Origin: Folioceros fuciformis
Taxonomy: Eukaryota
DNA: 64,000 nucleotides
Assembly (NCBI GenBank): GCA_049999805.1
Contig: JBNGIO010005876.1
Location: 20,776-84,775 of the forward strand
Direction of reading: 5' to 3'
Below are positions 33,203 through 44,553 of the stretch, one piece after another. The notes under the pieces are model-generated. The model saw only the letters and a list, made by a program, of their open reading frames with translations, did no database searches and had not been told where the DNA came from. The position numbers were made by a program, and so were the translations under genes. Within the stretch, counting starts at the first letter, position 1. Each line of letters opens with the position of its first letter.

Positions 33203-35476
33203 TTAGAGGTTTCTGCAAGTGTTTCTTAATTCACTCCCGATCTGGATCTTATCTGAGGCATTTTTATCTTCAACCCAGAAACTGTGAACCAAACCATCCA
33301 AGTCAGTCCACACGCTCTGTCCTGGCAGCTTCCACGCGCTGATCCGTTTTCTCCTCGAATGCATCTCATCGGCCTGATCCGACATCCCTGCCTCAGTATA
33401 TATGTTCGCCATCAGAACATATGCTGCAGCATCCTTATTTTGCAGCTTCACGGCCTCGTTGAAAGCCTGGCATCCCACCTCCACATTACTCCACTTTTGA
33501 CAAGCCCCTAATACAGTGTGCCAAGCCGCAGCGTCAGGATGCACAGGCATCGACTTCACTAGAGCTAGTGACTCGTCCAACCGGCCCACACGACCTAGGA
33601 GGTCCACAATGCAAGTGTAGTGCTCCACCGTGGGACTGATCCCGTATTCCCTACTCATAGCTTCAAAGTACGCCCGCCCCTTTTCTGGCAGACCCGAATG
33701 ACTGCATGCTGTTAGTACACTAAGGAATGTGATGCCATCTGGCTGTATGCCATCCTTCCTCATTCTCCGAAACAAGTTGAAGACCGCGCCACTGTTCCCT
33801 TCACATGTGTAGCCTGCGATGATAGCATTCCAAGCAGAAGTGTCTCTTTCAGGTAATGCTTCAAACACCTTCTGTGCATCACTCATGCCGCCAGTCTTTC
33901 CATACATGCTTATCAGACTCCCAGCCACAGCCAAATCAGCTTGAAGGCCTTGATCATTTATCTGTGCATGAAGCTGCCTTCCCACATGCAAAGCTCCCAC
34001 GCTTGCACATGCCTGCAGGAGGTATACAAACGTCACTGCATCAGGTGTTGTCAAACCTTCTCCTTGCATTTCATTGTAAAGGCGAAGGACTTCGAGTACC
34101 ATGCCTTGCTTGTAATATCCTGCTATTATGGCACTCCATGCCACGACGTCTTTTTGACCCAGTCCGTCAAACACTCTTTGCGCTTCTTCTAAGCTGCCAC
34201 ACTTGGCGTACATGTCTACCAAGCTGCTGGCTGCAAACACATCACCTTGAAGGCCTTTTTCTATGATCTGTGCATGAAGCTCCTTCCCTTTTGCCAAAGC
34301 TGGGGTGCCAACGCTTGCACAAGCCTGCAGGAGGCACAGGAACGTCACAGAAGTTGGTACAGGAGTGCCAGCTTCTTGCATAGCATCGTAGAGACGAAGG
34401 GCTTCCGCTCCCTGGCCCTGCTGGGCATACCCTGCGATCAGGGAATTCCATGTCACGATATCTTTGTGACCAAGTCTGTCAAACACTCTTTGGGCGTCGT
34501 TCAAGCTCCCACACTTTGCATACATGCTAACCAAACTGTTCGCCACAAACACATCAGCATGATGCCCCCTTTCTCGAATTTGTGCATCAAGATGCTTCCC
34601 CTTCTCCAAGGCCTGCGTGCCCATACTTGCACATGCCTGCAGGAGGGACAAATATGTCACAGAATCGGGTACAACAGTCCCTTCTTCTACCATAGCATCA
34701 TATAGACAGAAGGCTTCTTGCCCCATTCCCTGGTGGGAATATCCTGCTAACAGAGCATTCCACGTGACCACATCTTTTTGGCCAAGTCCATCGAACACTC
34801 TTCGAGCGTCTTCTAAGCTGCCACACTTCGCATACATAACAACCAAGGCACTACTAACAAACAAATTAGGCTCCAGTCCTTCAGCCAACACATGAGCATG
34901 CACCTGCTGCCCAGATGCCAAGTCTGCTCCCCTTGCACAAGCCTGAAGGGCTGCCACAAACACATGAGCATCTGGCTCCACTTCGGACCTGCGCATGCGA
35001 TGATACAGTTGTATGGCCTGTTTATCCCGCCCGTGTTTGACGTGAGCTGATATCATCGCGGACCACGTGAAGGCATCTGGCCTGGCAACCATAGTAAACA
35101 CATTCGTAGCCTCTTCCAGCCTGGCATGAGAGGCATACATTCGCAAGATGTGGTTGCACAGAATCGTGTCCGACTGATGCCCCTGCTTCAAGGTGAAAGC
35201 ATGGACGCGGCGACCGAGAGCCAGATTCTTCTTAGCCACACATTCCTTCAGAACCGTAAAGAAGAGAGGTTTGGAGATGCCACAATCTGTCTGCACCAGC
35301 ACTCCCAGAGCCTCAACGGCCTCAGTGAGCTGCCCAAGCTGACAAAGTTGGCTCACAGTTTCAGCCAGGCATGCGGCTTTCGTATCCTGCAGGCCTGCAA
35401 GGCTCACAATCGACCGGCACGTATGGAAGGGCAGCAGCACAACCCGTCTCCACATCCAAACCCGCCAGCTGCGCAT
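33203..35476 (-). CDS. PLS-class PPR protein 5 (757 aa); shorter array, ancestral N-terminus out of frame (possible pseudogene)
   Basis: PLS triplets, E domains and AWKLPGQSVWTDLDG. The paralog-like N-terminal segment lies in another frame (see findings). Confidence 0.85.
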   Translation of the reverse strand: MRSWRVWMWRRVVLLPFHTCRSIVSLAGLQDTKAACLAETVSQLCQLGQLTEAVEALGVLVQTDCGISKPLFFTVLKECVAKKNLALGRRVHAFTLKQGHQSDTILCNHILRMYASHARLEEATNVFTMVARPDAFTWSAMISAHVKHGRDKQAIQLYHRMRRSEVEPDAHVFVAALQACARGADLASGQQVHAHVLAEGLEPNLFVSSALVVMYAKCGSLEDARRVFDGLGQKDVVTWNALLAGYSHQGMGQEAFCLYDAMVEEGTVVPDSVTYLSLLQACASMGTQALEKGKHLDAQIRERGHHADVFVANSLVSMYAKCGSLNDAQRVFDRLGHKDIVTWNSLIAGYAQQGQGAEALRLYDAMQEAGTPVPTSVTFLCLLQACASVGTPALAKGKELHAQIIEKGLQGDVFAASSLVDMYAKCGSLEEAQRVFDGLGQKDVVAWSAIIAGYYKQGMVLEVLRLYNEMQGEGLTTPDAVTFVYLLQACASVGALHVGRQLHAQINDQGLQADLAVAGSLISMYGKTGGMSDAQKVFEALPERDTSAWNAIIAGYTCEGNSGAVFNLFRRMRKDGIQPDGITFLSVLTACSHSGLPEKGRAYFEAMSREYGISPTVEHYTCIVDLLGRVGRLDESLALVKSMPVHPDAAAWHTVLGACQKWSNVEVGCQAFNEAVKLQNKDAAAYVLMANIYTEAGMSDQADEMHSRRKRISAWKLPGQSVWTDLDGLVHSFWVEDKNASDKIQIGSELRNTCRNL

Positions 35477-35970
35477 CCACGCAAGCTAGCTTGGAGAATC
35501 CGTCCAACCAGAGGACCCCCGTGGGACTCCTTCCACCCGCAGGCGTCCTTGTTTGCCGACCTGGTACTTGGAAGCAATCACTACAGCAGCAGCTCTTCAT
35601 AGTGTACCGTGAGCGTGGTCAGACTGCGCCTCGATCACCCTGCAGGTCATCAACAAGGTGAATTGCAAATGTTAGCACCTCAAGCAGCAAACCTGATAGT
35701 ACATGGCTATGCCATCGCCGGCTGTGGAATGAGCAAGTGTATATTACGTCCAGGGACATCCGGTCAGTAACGTTTGTGAACTGCACACAACTCAGAGCAT
35801 CAGTTCTAACTTCTCGAGCATGGAAGGTAACTTGTCGTTGTCCTCGCATCATATTTTCCGTCCACGCGATCAGGCAAGCGTGATGGCCGCGGCTGATGAA
35901 TCGAGTACTTCCAATATTTCAGAATGGGAATAAGTAGGGGCAGGAGGTCACAACGAGAATTGCCACAAAC

Positions 35971-37314
35971 ATGCCTGGAGATGGATGCATTGGTTATTCC
36001 GCCCTCTCCGGTTCCCTCTTCTACAACAACAAATGTTGCCCCTTGAGCAGATCTAAGATCATCGCTATCGGAGGAATTGGAAGCAAACAGGAGGCCGCCT
36101 CCGGTCTGAATCTTTTCCGCAGATTGAAGACCGATTTCATTTCCAGGATATGGTGGAGCTGGGAAACACGAAAGCTAGACAAACCTGGTAGATTCAGCTC
36201 CGAGGTATCTGACCTACGCGTGTCGTGTCCAGAGACTTCTGTCCCCGTTCCTCCAGGTCACACAGTCCATCTCCGTGCTTCACTAGTGATTCGCCAATGT
36301 GAAACAGGGCAAACTCTCCTGCAGAGCATCGCACGATGATGAGTTCAAGTCAACGAGGAGCATCGCTCTTGGGTTGCACAGACGATACAAGGACGTTTTG
36401 AACGGTGGCTTCACCAATTTGAAGGTAAGGGTCTCTCCACCTGAAAGGACCGTGAGGGACACTCGGAAGCTCGTCACATGGGACTTGTCTCTCTTCACAG
36501 GAATTTGTGGAGGCTGGGGTAACTGCTTACGCAGTAGGTTGTACTGCTGAAGGTCTCCGCAACGAACTTCTGAGCGTGTGTGAATCGGAAAATCTGGAAA
36601 CGCCAGCGGGAAGTGTGAGGTTGAAAAATGTGACTGCAGAGGAGGTACCTGAGAGGCCATCACCAGTTTGAGTCGATCGATTCTTGTATGCTTCCTGTGG
36701 ATCGTAATAGGAGTACCTGGTTGGTTGCAGGTAGAAGACTGCATACTATGGCTTTGTATCGTCTTCCTCACGATCATGTGCACCCCTCAACCAACGGTTG
36801 TCAGGTGGTCAAGCTTTCCAGCAGTCTCGTCTGAACAGCAGCGGCAATGGAAAGGGTTTTGTGCTGTTATTGCCAATGCTTACTACACCCGTGGGATGGC
36901 CTGGTAGGACTTGCTCATTGGCTTACAGGCTCCAAAATTTACCTTGTTGGGTGAACGTTTAGGCTTACTAATCAATTACATGTTAGGCCAGCCAATCCTT
37001 GACGTCATTGCTGCCAACATAGCCGCATGACCTTCTTTCTCAAGCCTGTGAATGCATTGTAGGATGCCCATAAAGACCTTGCAGCTGGAGCAGTTAGCTG
37101 TTGCAGGCCATGCTGAAGAGCCGGCACTGGTTGCAGATCGCATGCGCTTGGTGTTCGCCACTCTCGAGGTCTGTCTGCACTAAAGCTTTGAGTTGGGTTA
37201 TGTTGGATGCACCAGATCATGTTCCGCAGAACAGGATCCTGTGGACGCATTTCATCCAACAAATTTCAGCATCTGTATGTGCAGAGTGTAAGCCCACAGT
37301 GGCCAAAACAATAG
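35971..37314 (+). CDS. Conserved plant, probably plastid, protein of unknown function; exons 35971-36204, 36308-36424, 36501-36644, 36731-36903, 37063-37168, 37285-37314
   Basis: Phase-consistent GT-AG exons give ..EFVEAGVTAYAVGC..VEDCILWLCIVFLTIMCTPQPTVVRWS..ANAYYTRGMAWMPIKTLQLEQ..RMRLVFATLESVSPQWPKQ*. I recognise this as a conserved land-plant family but cannot name it. Confidence 0.8.
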
Positions 37315-40300
37315 GAGGGAAGCTCGTTGTTGATTCCGTCTCAGCCAGGTATCAGCGAAAGGGCTTGAAGAAGCACATGTATGTACATAAAAACATTGTG
37401 GATATGCGGTCACGCATCTGTCCTTGGTAGTGCTGTACATTCTTTGGCATGTAGTCACACATGGGGGCATCCCTTGTCCTCAAGCTTGGCATTCACTCAG
37501 CACTTGCTGGAAGATTTGATCCATAATGTACGAGGGATTAGCCACATGTGTGCAGAGCGTGTCAACAGCTTGCTGTCCAGCGGGACTGGATTGTGCAATT
37601 GCTAGTTGCAGTCTCCACCGGAACCAGACCAGTGTGCGTGTCCAGGACTCTCACTTGGGGGAAGCTTTATTGCCTCATGTGCCTCCGAATCTAATGCTTT
37701 TGTCCCAGTCCAAGAACGGGCTCCTCGTTTCCGGAATCAAGTGAAGATAAAACGGATTGTGTCAAGATTGCAGTCCAGGACGCAAGCGTAGGGTTTACAG
37801 GACGAATCGGGAGGCTTGCAGGACGGAATGACTCATCAGTTGCGGGGTAATGTCAGATAGGTAGTATCTCAAATCATCAGCGTGATGAAAGGTTGTGACC
37901 CATCTGTCAACCATGGGCATCATTGGCGGATGCATCAAGGTGAAGCACAGGAAGAAAAAAAAAAAAAGTGCAAGAATCAGCAGCCCGTACTGGGACGTCA
38001 TCCTTACTCCCGCCCCTCCTCCGGGTCCCAGGGCTAGGATTCATCAGTGCTCTGCCTCCACTGAGTCAGGGATAGAACACACCCTGAGTAGCAGTAGGCC
38101 ACGAGTGCCAGCGCTGCGTCTTCCTTGCCCCTCACAGACGACGACGAGCCTTCTTTTCGTCCAGGTTACCGCATGCAGCTATGGCCCTAGGTAGGCGTAC
38201 ATAGATGCATGCTCTGAACAGTGGGCTCGAATTGCGAGCATGAGCTTCCCTCCACATACACACCGATTTCTTGTTGTGATGAGCTGCCATAGGCCAAGAA
38301 GCGCAGTGTTGATGGCAGCCTCCAGTGGCCCGTATGGTCCGACCAAGAAGCGTCAGGTCGTCAGAGCATTCCCATCAGACGCAGAGATCGTACCGCATTT
38401 CAACGGCTACTGTATTCCTTCATCGGCCGCATCACCATGATGATGTATTAATAAATTACCACGCCCCTGCAGAGCGTTTTGTGCCTGGGAGAAGGCGTCG
38501 CAGTCTTGGAAACATGCACTCAATCCGTTGCTGCTCTCCTCCCATCTCCAAACTCGCTGTGAGAGAAGAGAAGCAAGTTACTGGACGACTTGCGAGCATT
38601 CATTCCCCTTGTTTATGATATCTGCATCGCGCAGAGGCATACGGTCCGATCCAGGCCACGGATCTGCTGCCACTTTATGGTCGCCAACAGGAAGAGGTCA
38701 GAGAGCTTCACAGAAGAACGGCATCCTAAGCTGGGAATCAGCCCCCGGAGCTGGTAGACAAGCATTTTTCCTAGGGTTCCGCATCGAGGTGTCAGCCACA
38801 GCGGGTACGACCTTTGCGAACATACCAGCCAGGCCCTTTCATTAGCGCCTGTGAGAGCTCATCAACTTGCCTCCATGTACGTAATCACTATCCTTGGGAA
38901 CAGAGTCCAATTCAAGACCCTGAGACCTCCAGGAAGCAGCGTACGCATGTGTATGTACAGTACAGACATCCATCTGCTCCCTGGTCGACGTCGCCAGTCC
39001 ATAGTCCGGTGCCACCGCCGCAACAGCTCTATTCGCTGACATAGCCAGCCAGCCAGCCAGCCAGCTCTGTGGGGTTAGGGCAGGCAGTGGACAGCGCCAT
39101 CCCACCAACACAGCACATGTCTGTGCACTAGCGCGTTGAAGGGGAGTTAGTGCATCTCGCAGATACTCTCCTTTTTCTCTTGTCTGCTTGGCCAAGCAAC
39201 CCCTCCATTGGACCGAGTCGGACCGTGCATCGCCATCTTTCGCTACCTTCATTGTGACGCCAGGCTTCCTCTCCACTAACTCTCCCTTCCCCGGCCCCAT
39301 TCGGGCCGTGCCCGCAGCGCACGGGCCGCGGGGCGAGACAAGTGTCCGATCTACAGCGGCCGCCGTCATCATGCTGCAAGGTGGGAGCCGGGGCCGGGAC
39401 CGGGTCCGGGCTTTTCCCACCCGCCACGCCCACCGGTGAGCTCGCTACCCGGCCCGGTTACTAACTTACTGCAACGGCCACATGACTCATAATTCGAATG
39501 GGCCAATATGTATCGTATCCGGCCGCATCTGGGCAATGCCGTGTACGGGTTTGTTGCATGTATGCGTGTAAGCGTGTTACTTAGTGATGATGCGGAGCAT
39601 GTGCAGCATGTCCTCATACGAGGGAGATCTGGGACGGATACGGCAGCCCGGCGGGGAAGACAGATATGTATATTTGTGAAGGGTTGCAAGCTCGGCGGGC
39701 TGCCCGGGAAGCCGCAGTTCCGGCGGCCGAGGCCGGTGTTTTGAAAGGGGGGGAAGGCTGCCCGGTCACGAACGTTCATGATGGCGTGCTGCCCGAACAT
39801 GAACGTTACAGCAACGGGCTCATAAAGACGGGGGCCAGTTAACGTTGCATTGGCACAGGTTTGGCCCTGCCTGCTGTTGCCTGCTGGTGCTGGTGCTGCC
39901 CTGCTGCCCTGCCCCCCTCCCCCCGCCCCGCCCTGGTGCGTGTCGGACTCGGGTCTGCCTGGGAGCCCAAGCTTTGCTCAAATCCGGCTTGGCGCCGCAT
40001 TTGCTCGCATTGAGCTCTTCCCGCCTCCTCTGCTCTAGCGGCTCGCAGGAGGGAAAGGGAAAAGGCTGCAGGCGGCTGGCTGGATTCGCGGATTCGCGTC
40101 TCTGCTGCACAGCACACCTGCACCTGTGTGGGTGTTAGGACTCGTATTTCTTGCATTGCGTCGGCATTGGACTGCGCTTTTTCACGGCCTTTGCGGGCGG
40201 GAGCTTGAGCCTTCTTTCAGTGCAGCGGCTGGGCTGGTCTGGGATAGGCGGGGAGGGGAGGGGGTAGCTGCGGAGCCGGTGTTTCTGTTGCTGCTGTTGT

Positions 40301-40505
40301 GAGACTGGGGGCTGCGGGGCCTGGTATTGCAATTGGAATGCGCAGGAGCTCCCTCGGGCGGTGGTGTTAAGGGTGGCGGAATTGGTGTGGGCCGGGTCTT
40401 GCTGGAGGAGGGCTACCTGACTGGTCTGGGCTGGACTGGTCTTTGGCGGGAGGGAGGAGCAGAGAGCAGGGACTATTGTAGAGCGGAGGAGAGTGCTGGG
40501 CCGAC

Positions 40506-43500
40506 ATGGCCGCCCCCGCTCCTGCCAAGCCTGAGGATTTGCAGCACAAGGCGGAGGAGCAGCTGCTCACGCTCAAGTATTGCATCAATGACAATCCGCC
40601 CTGGGGTACGTTCTCCGCTTCCTGCCCTGCACTGCCTTGTTTCCTGCCCCTGCGCCTGGTTCTTCCCCTGCTGGAGCGGGCTGTTTTTCGTAATTGGGCT
40701 GTTTGTGGGCGGGCAATTGGGGGTGGGGGTGGTAGCTGGTGTGCGGAATGGGGTTCTTGGTTGGTTTCCTTGAGGTTTGAGTATGGGAATGCGTGGAGGA
40801 AGGTGTGATTTTTATCTGTAAGGGTCCAGAGGCTGCTTGGGCTGTCGGTGGTGGCCGCCCTTTCGTCTTGGCACCAAAGGTGCGAGCTACGCGTAACCGC
40901 CGCAATGGCACCAGCTTGGATGGTTGTAACCGACTGTTGCCCCTCAAAGCTCCCGGCAACTGCACTCTGACCGATATTCGGCCGACTCGCGGCACGAGGG
41001 ATGGGAGGGGGAAGGGGAATGAATTGCCTGGGTTGGCTGGCACTGGCACTGGCGCTGGCTCTGGCTATGGGTTTCGTCGCCTCACCGCTGCCTGTGTCCT
41101 GCAGTGGAGGCCGTTGCGCTGGGCTTTCAACACTACATCGTGATGCTGGGAGCTGCCGTCATGATTCCGTCGATGTTGGTGCCGTTGATGGGAGGCAACG
41201 ACGTAGGTCTTCTTGCACCACTGCTTTCGCTCCGCCTTTAGGAGACTCCTGGTCTCTCTTGCTGCTCTGCTTCATGTGGCTTCGTGGGTATTGCGCAGCA
41301 CGACAAGGCCAAGGTAATCCAGTCCGTTGTGTTTGTGACGGGCATCAACACGCTACTGCAGACCACTCTTGGGGCCCGCCTTCCAACGGTTGTAGGGAGC
41401 TCCTTTTACTTCATCCTACCTACCATCACGATCATCCGCTCTCCTGCCTTGCTGCACATCAATGATGACCACGAGGTATTAACTTTCTCTCTCTCTCCAC
41501 CTCTATCTACTCGTTTGAGTGGAGCCGGCTGTTTATAGAAGTCGCCAAGCTAATCCCCGGTCCCAGTCTGTTGCCCATTCGCGTTCATATTATCTGCATA
41601 CCCTGGAACAGAGGTTTATTAGAACCATGCGTGCCATACAAGGAGCTACTTTGGCAGGATGCAGCCTTCATATTATCCTTGGATTCAGTGGCCTCTTGGG
41701 CATACTGATCAGGTATGCTTGCTTGTCATTTAAACACGTGATTTGGCTTAATGTAAACAGAGGTTCTTGAGGTCAATGCGTGCTGTCCAAGGAGCTTACA
41801 TCGCAACGTCCAGTCTTCACATAATTCTGGGATTCAGTGGCCTGTGGGGTATAGTGGCAAGGTGAGACGGGGATTGATCTCCATTGTTTCATTTTCTACA
41901 GCATGGAAGGGGGTTTTTTTTTTTTAGGGGGGGTTGGAGTATTGGGCCACAGTAGCATTCCAGAGGATATGGCGACTGAAAGCCACAGTGTCCCCCCGTT
42001 CTCACATGTCATGCCCACTGTTATGTGCCATCAGGTTCTTCACGCCCCTCATGATCGCTCCCACCATCGCAATGGTTGGGCTCGGTCTTTTCAATCAAGG
42101 CTTCCCAGGGGTAAGCGGTCGGTCGATACTCATCCGTGCTCGATCGATTGTCCATGCTTGTGTGCTTGTCGTACTTACTCTGACGGCCTCCGGCTTCCAG
42201 GTGGGCAAATGTGTCGAGGTTGGTCTTCCCCAGATTATTGTGATCCTTGCCTTCTCACAGGTTAGTACTTCTGACAACACTTGTCCTTACCACAATTCAT
42301 CTCACAAGTCACCATTCCTAACTCCAGGATGTGGAATTCCTCAGTTCCTGAGGCACGTGAAGGTCCGAAAGGTTCCAATCTTCGAGCTCTTTCCGATTAT
42401 CTTGGGCGTCGCCGTCGTGTGGGCTTACGCCCATCTGCTCACAATTAGTGGAGCATACGACAAGGCGAGCCCCAAAGGACAACAGCATTGCCGAACCGAT
42501 CGCGCGAACATCATCGAATCATCGCCGTGGTGGGTTGCACCGTCTCTCCTCTCCCGTCACACTGTCCCCGGAGTTCATCGGAAGCTGTGTGATGTCCTAA
42601 TTCCCGTGGCATTCTCTCGTGGTGTGTTCAGGATCCGCATCCCGTATCCTCTGCAATGGGGCGCCCCGACCTTCGACGCCGGCCATGCGTTCGGCTTGAT
42701 GGCAGGAGCTTTTGCCGCTCTTATCGAGGTGGGTTTCACCTTCTCTGTGATAGGGTCACTGGTACTGCGTTGGATGGAACTGACACTCTGCTCTGTCCTG
42801 TTGTCAGTCAACAGCTGATTACTACGCCACTGCACGCCTCTCCGGAGCGACTCCCCCGCCCCCGTTCGTTATCAGCCGAGGAGTTGGTTGGCAGGTAGTT
42901 TTCACATGCTTTTACCGCCATGGCTTCCTTCATTGTTCTTTTGTTCCTATGTGGATGCCTTCTCACTGGGTGGGCGCGGGCACTGTCATGGTGCAGGGGA
43001 TAGGATTACTCATCGCAGGAATGTTCGGAACAACAACTGGAGTGACCATCTCTCCGTACGCCTTCATCGTGGCCCTTCCGTTTTCTTGGCATGAAACGTC
43101 ATGGCAGCTGACGCATTCGTGCTATTTTGTCTGTTGCAGTGAGAATGTGGGAGTTCTTGGTATCACAAGGGTTGGCAGTCGCCGGGTGGTACAGATCTCT
43201 GCAGGCTTTATGATATCTTTCTCTCTACTTGGTGAGCTGATGTCATGCGTCCATTGCACCCCCGGTTTCAGTTCCAGTCAGATCGTGACGTATCTCCTGT
43301 AGCGTCCAATTTGACTGTTGTGGGATACTCTTCCTTGCAGGCAAGTTTGGTGGCATTTTCGCTTCGATACCCCAACCCATTGTCGCGGCCATCTTCTGCA
43401 TTGTCTTCGGGGTTGTCAGTAAGTTTTCTTGTCCGCACCTTCTCCCATCTAAGGCTGAAATGTCTTGTGCTGATGTTGTTCGTCTTTCTCGAGCAGCGGC

Positions 43501-43962
43501 CGTCGGGATCTCACAGCTCCAGTTCGTCAACTTGAACTCCTCCCGGAACATGTTCATCATCGGCTTCGCATTTTTCATGGCCATTTCCGTCCCACAGTAC
43601 TTCAACGAGTTCAGGACTTCGGCTCTTCATGGCCCTGTGCACACTGGAGCTGACTGGGTAAGTTACGCATCACCTAACCCTGCTGTGTAATGTCTGCATC
43701 GCCGACCCTTGGATCGTGCACAAGGTGACGAAAGTGTGTGAACGTGTTACAGTTCAACGATGTGCTCAATGTCATCTTCTCTTCAAGCCCGGTGATTGCT
43801 CTGTTCATCACTGCCATTCTGGACAACACAATGAATCAGGCTTCAGCGAAGGATCGTGGAATGGGTTGGTGGGAGAAGTTCAGAACCTTCAATGGAGATC
43901 CTCGCAACCTGGAGTTTTACAGACTGCCTCTCGGGCTTAATAAGTACTTCCCACCTACCTAA
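40506..43962 (+). CDS. NAT: Nucleobase-ascorbate transporter (NAT/NCS2), multi-exon, with duplicated exon 4
   Basis: YCINDNPPW, LGFQHYIVMLG, GINTLLQT..GARLP, HCRTDR, PYPLQWGAPTF, NAT signature ENVGVLGITRVGSRRVVQ, C-terminal FYRLPLGLNKYFP. Confidence 0.95.
41612..41712 (+). other. NAT exon 4A (101 nt)
   Basis: CAG|...|GTATGC; encodes RFIRTMRAIQGATLAGCSLHIILGFSGLLGILIR. Confidence 0.88.
41761..41861 (+). other. NAT exon 4B (101 nt)
   Basis: CAG|...|GTGAGA; encodes RFLRSMRAVQGAYIATSSLHIILGFSGLWGIVAR. Confidence 0.9.
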
Positions 43963-44553
43963 TAGAGGAAGCAAGATTTCTTCATTTCCTTCTGAGAAGG
44001 ATTCCTGAGAATTTTTGAACTGCGGCAGTACGCTGCAATGGGTCAAGAGGTAGAGAGACACAAGGTGTACAGATAGATACTGACATCGCAGCTTCGCAGG
44101 CACATCTCGGCCCCCAAATTTTAAGTAGAAATTTTTGTACAGCTGTTAGAGATTCGTCACTGCAGAAATTTATATACCATAAGCTATAATTAGACACTGC
44201 AGTATTGAAAACTGCTCTGACAGGCCGTGACGATAACATCTTATTCTGTCCACTCAATATGAATGTTGCACAACAAATACAATTGTGCTTGTCACTTTGA
44301 TATCTCTCAAGCAAAGCAACTTGGCCTCCTCCTATGCCCTGAAGAAATAACCCAACAAAAAGACACAACTATGCTCGACATCTTTAACAAATGTAGGAAA
44401 TTAAATCTCAGTAAAACAGCTCTAGAAAATTTGTGGATGAGGAAATGTTTGTTATCATCCTTATTCAGACCTAACTAATCCCAGGTTTTGCTCAAGAGCA
44501 GTAATTAATAATACATACCGTTTGGAATACAAGACGAGTGACACGAGGCAGTC

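Noticed and set aside
10797-35602. Many short antisense and alternate-frame ORFs inside the PPR genes
   Set aside because: Shadows of the repetitive coding strand.
37800-40500. Numerous 60-190 aa ORFs in the GC-rich stretch upstream of NAT
   Set aside because: No recognisable motifs or consistent exon chain; likely promoter, UTR or intergenic sequence.
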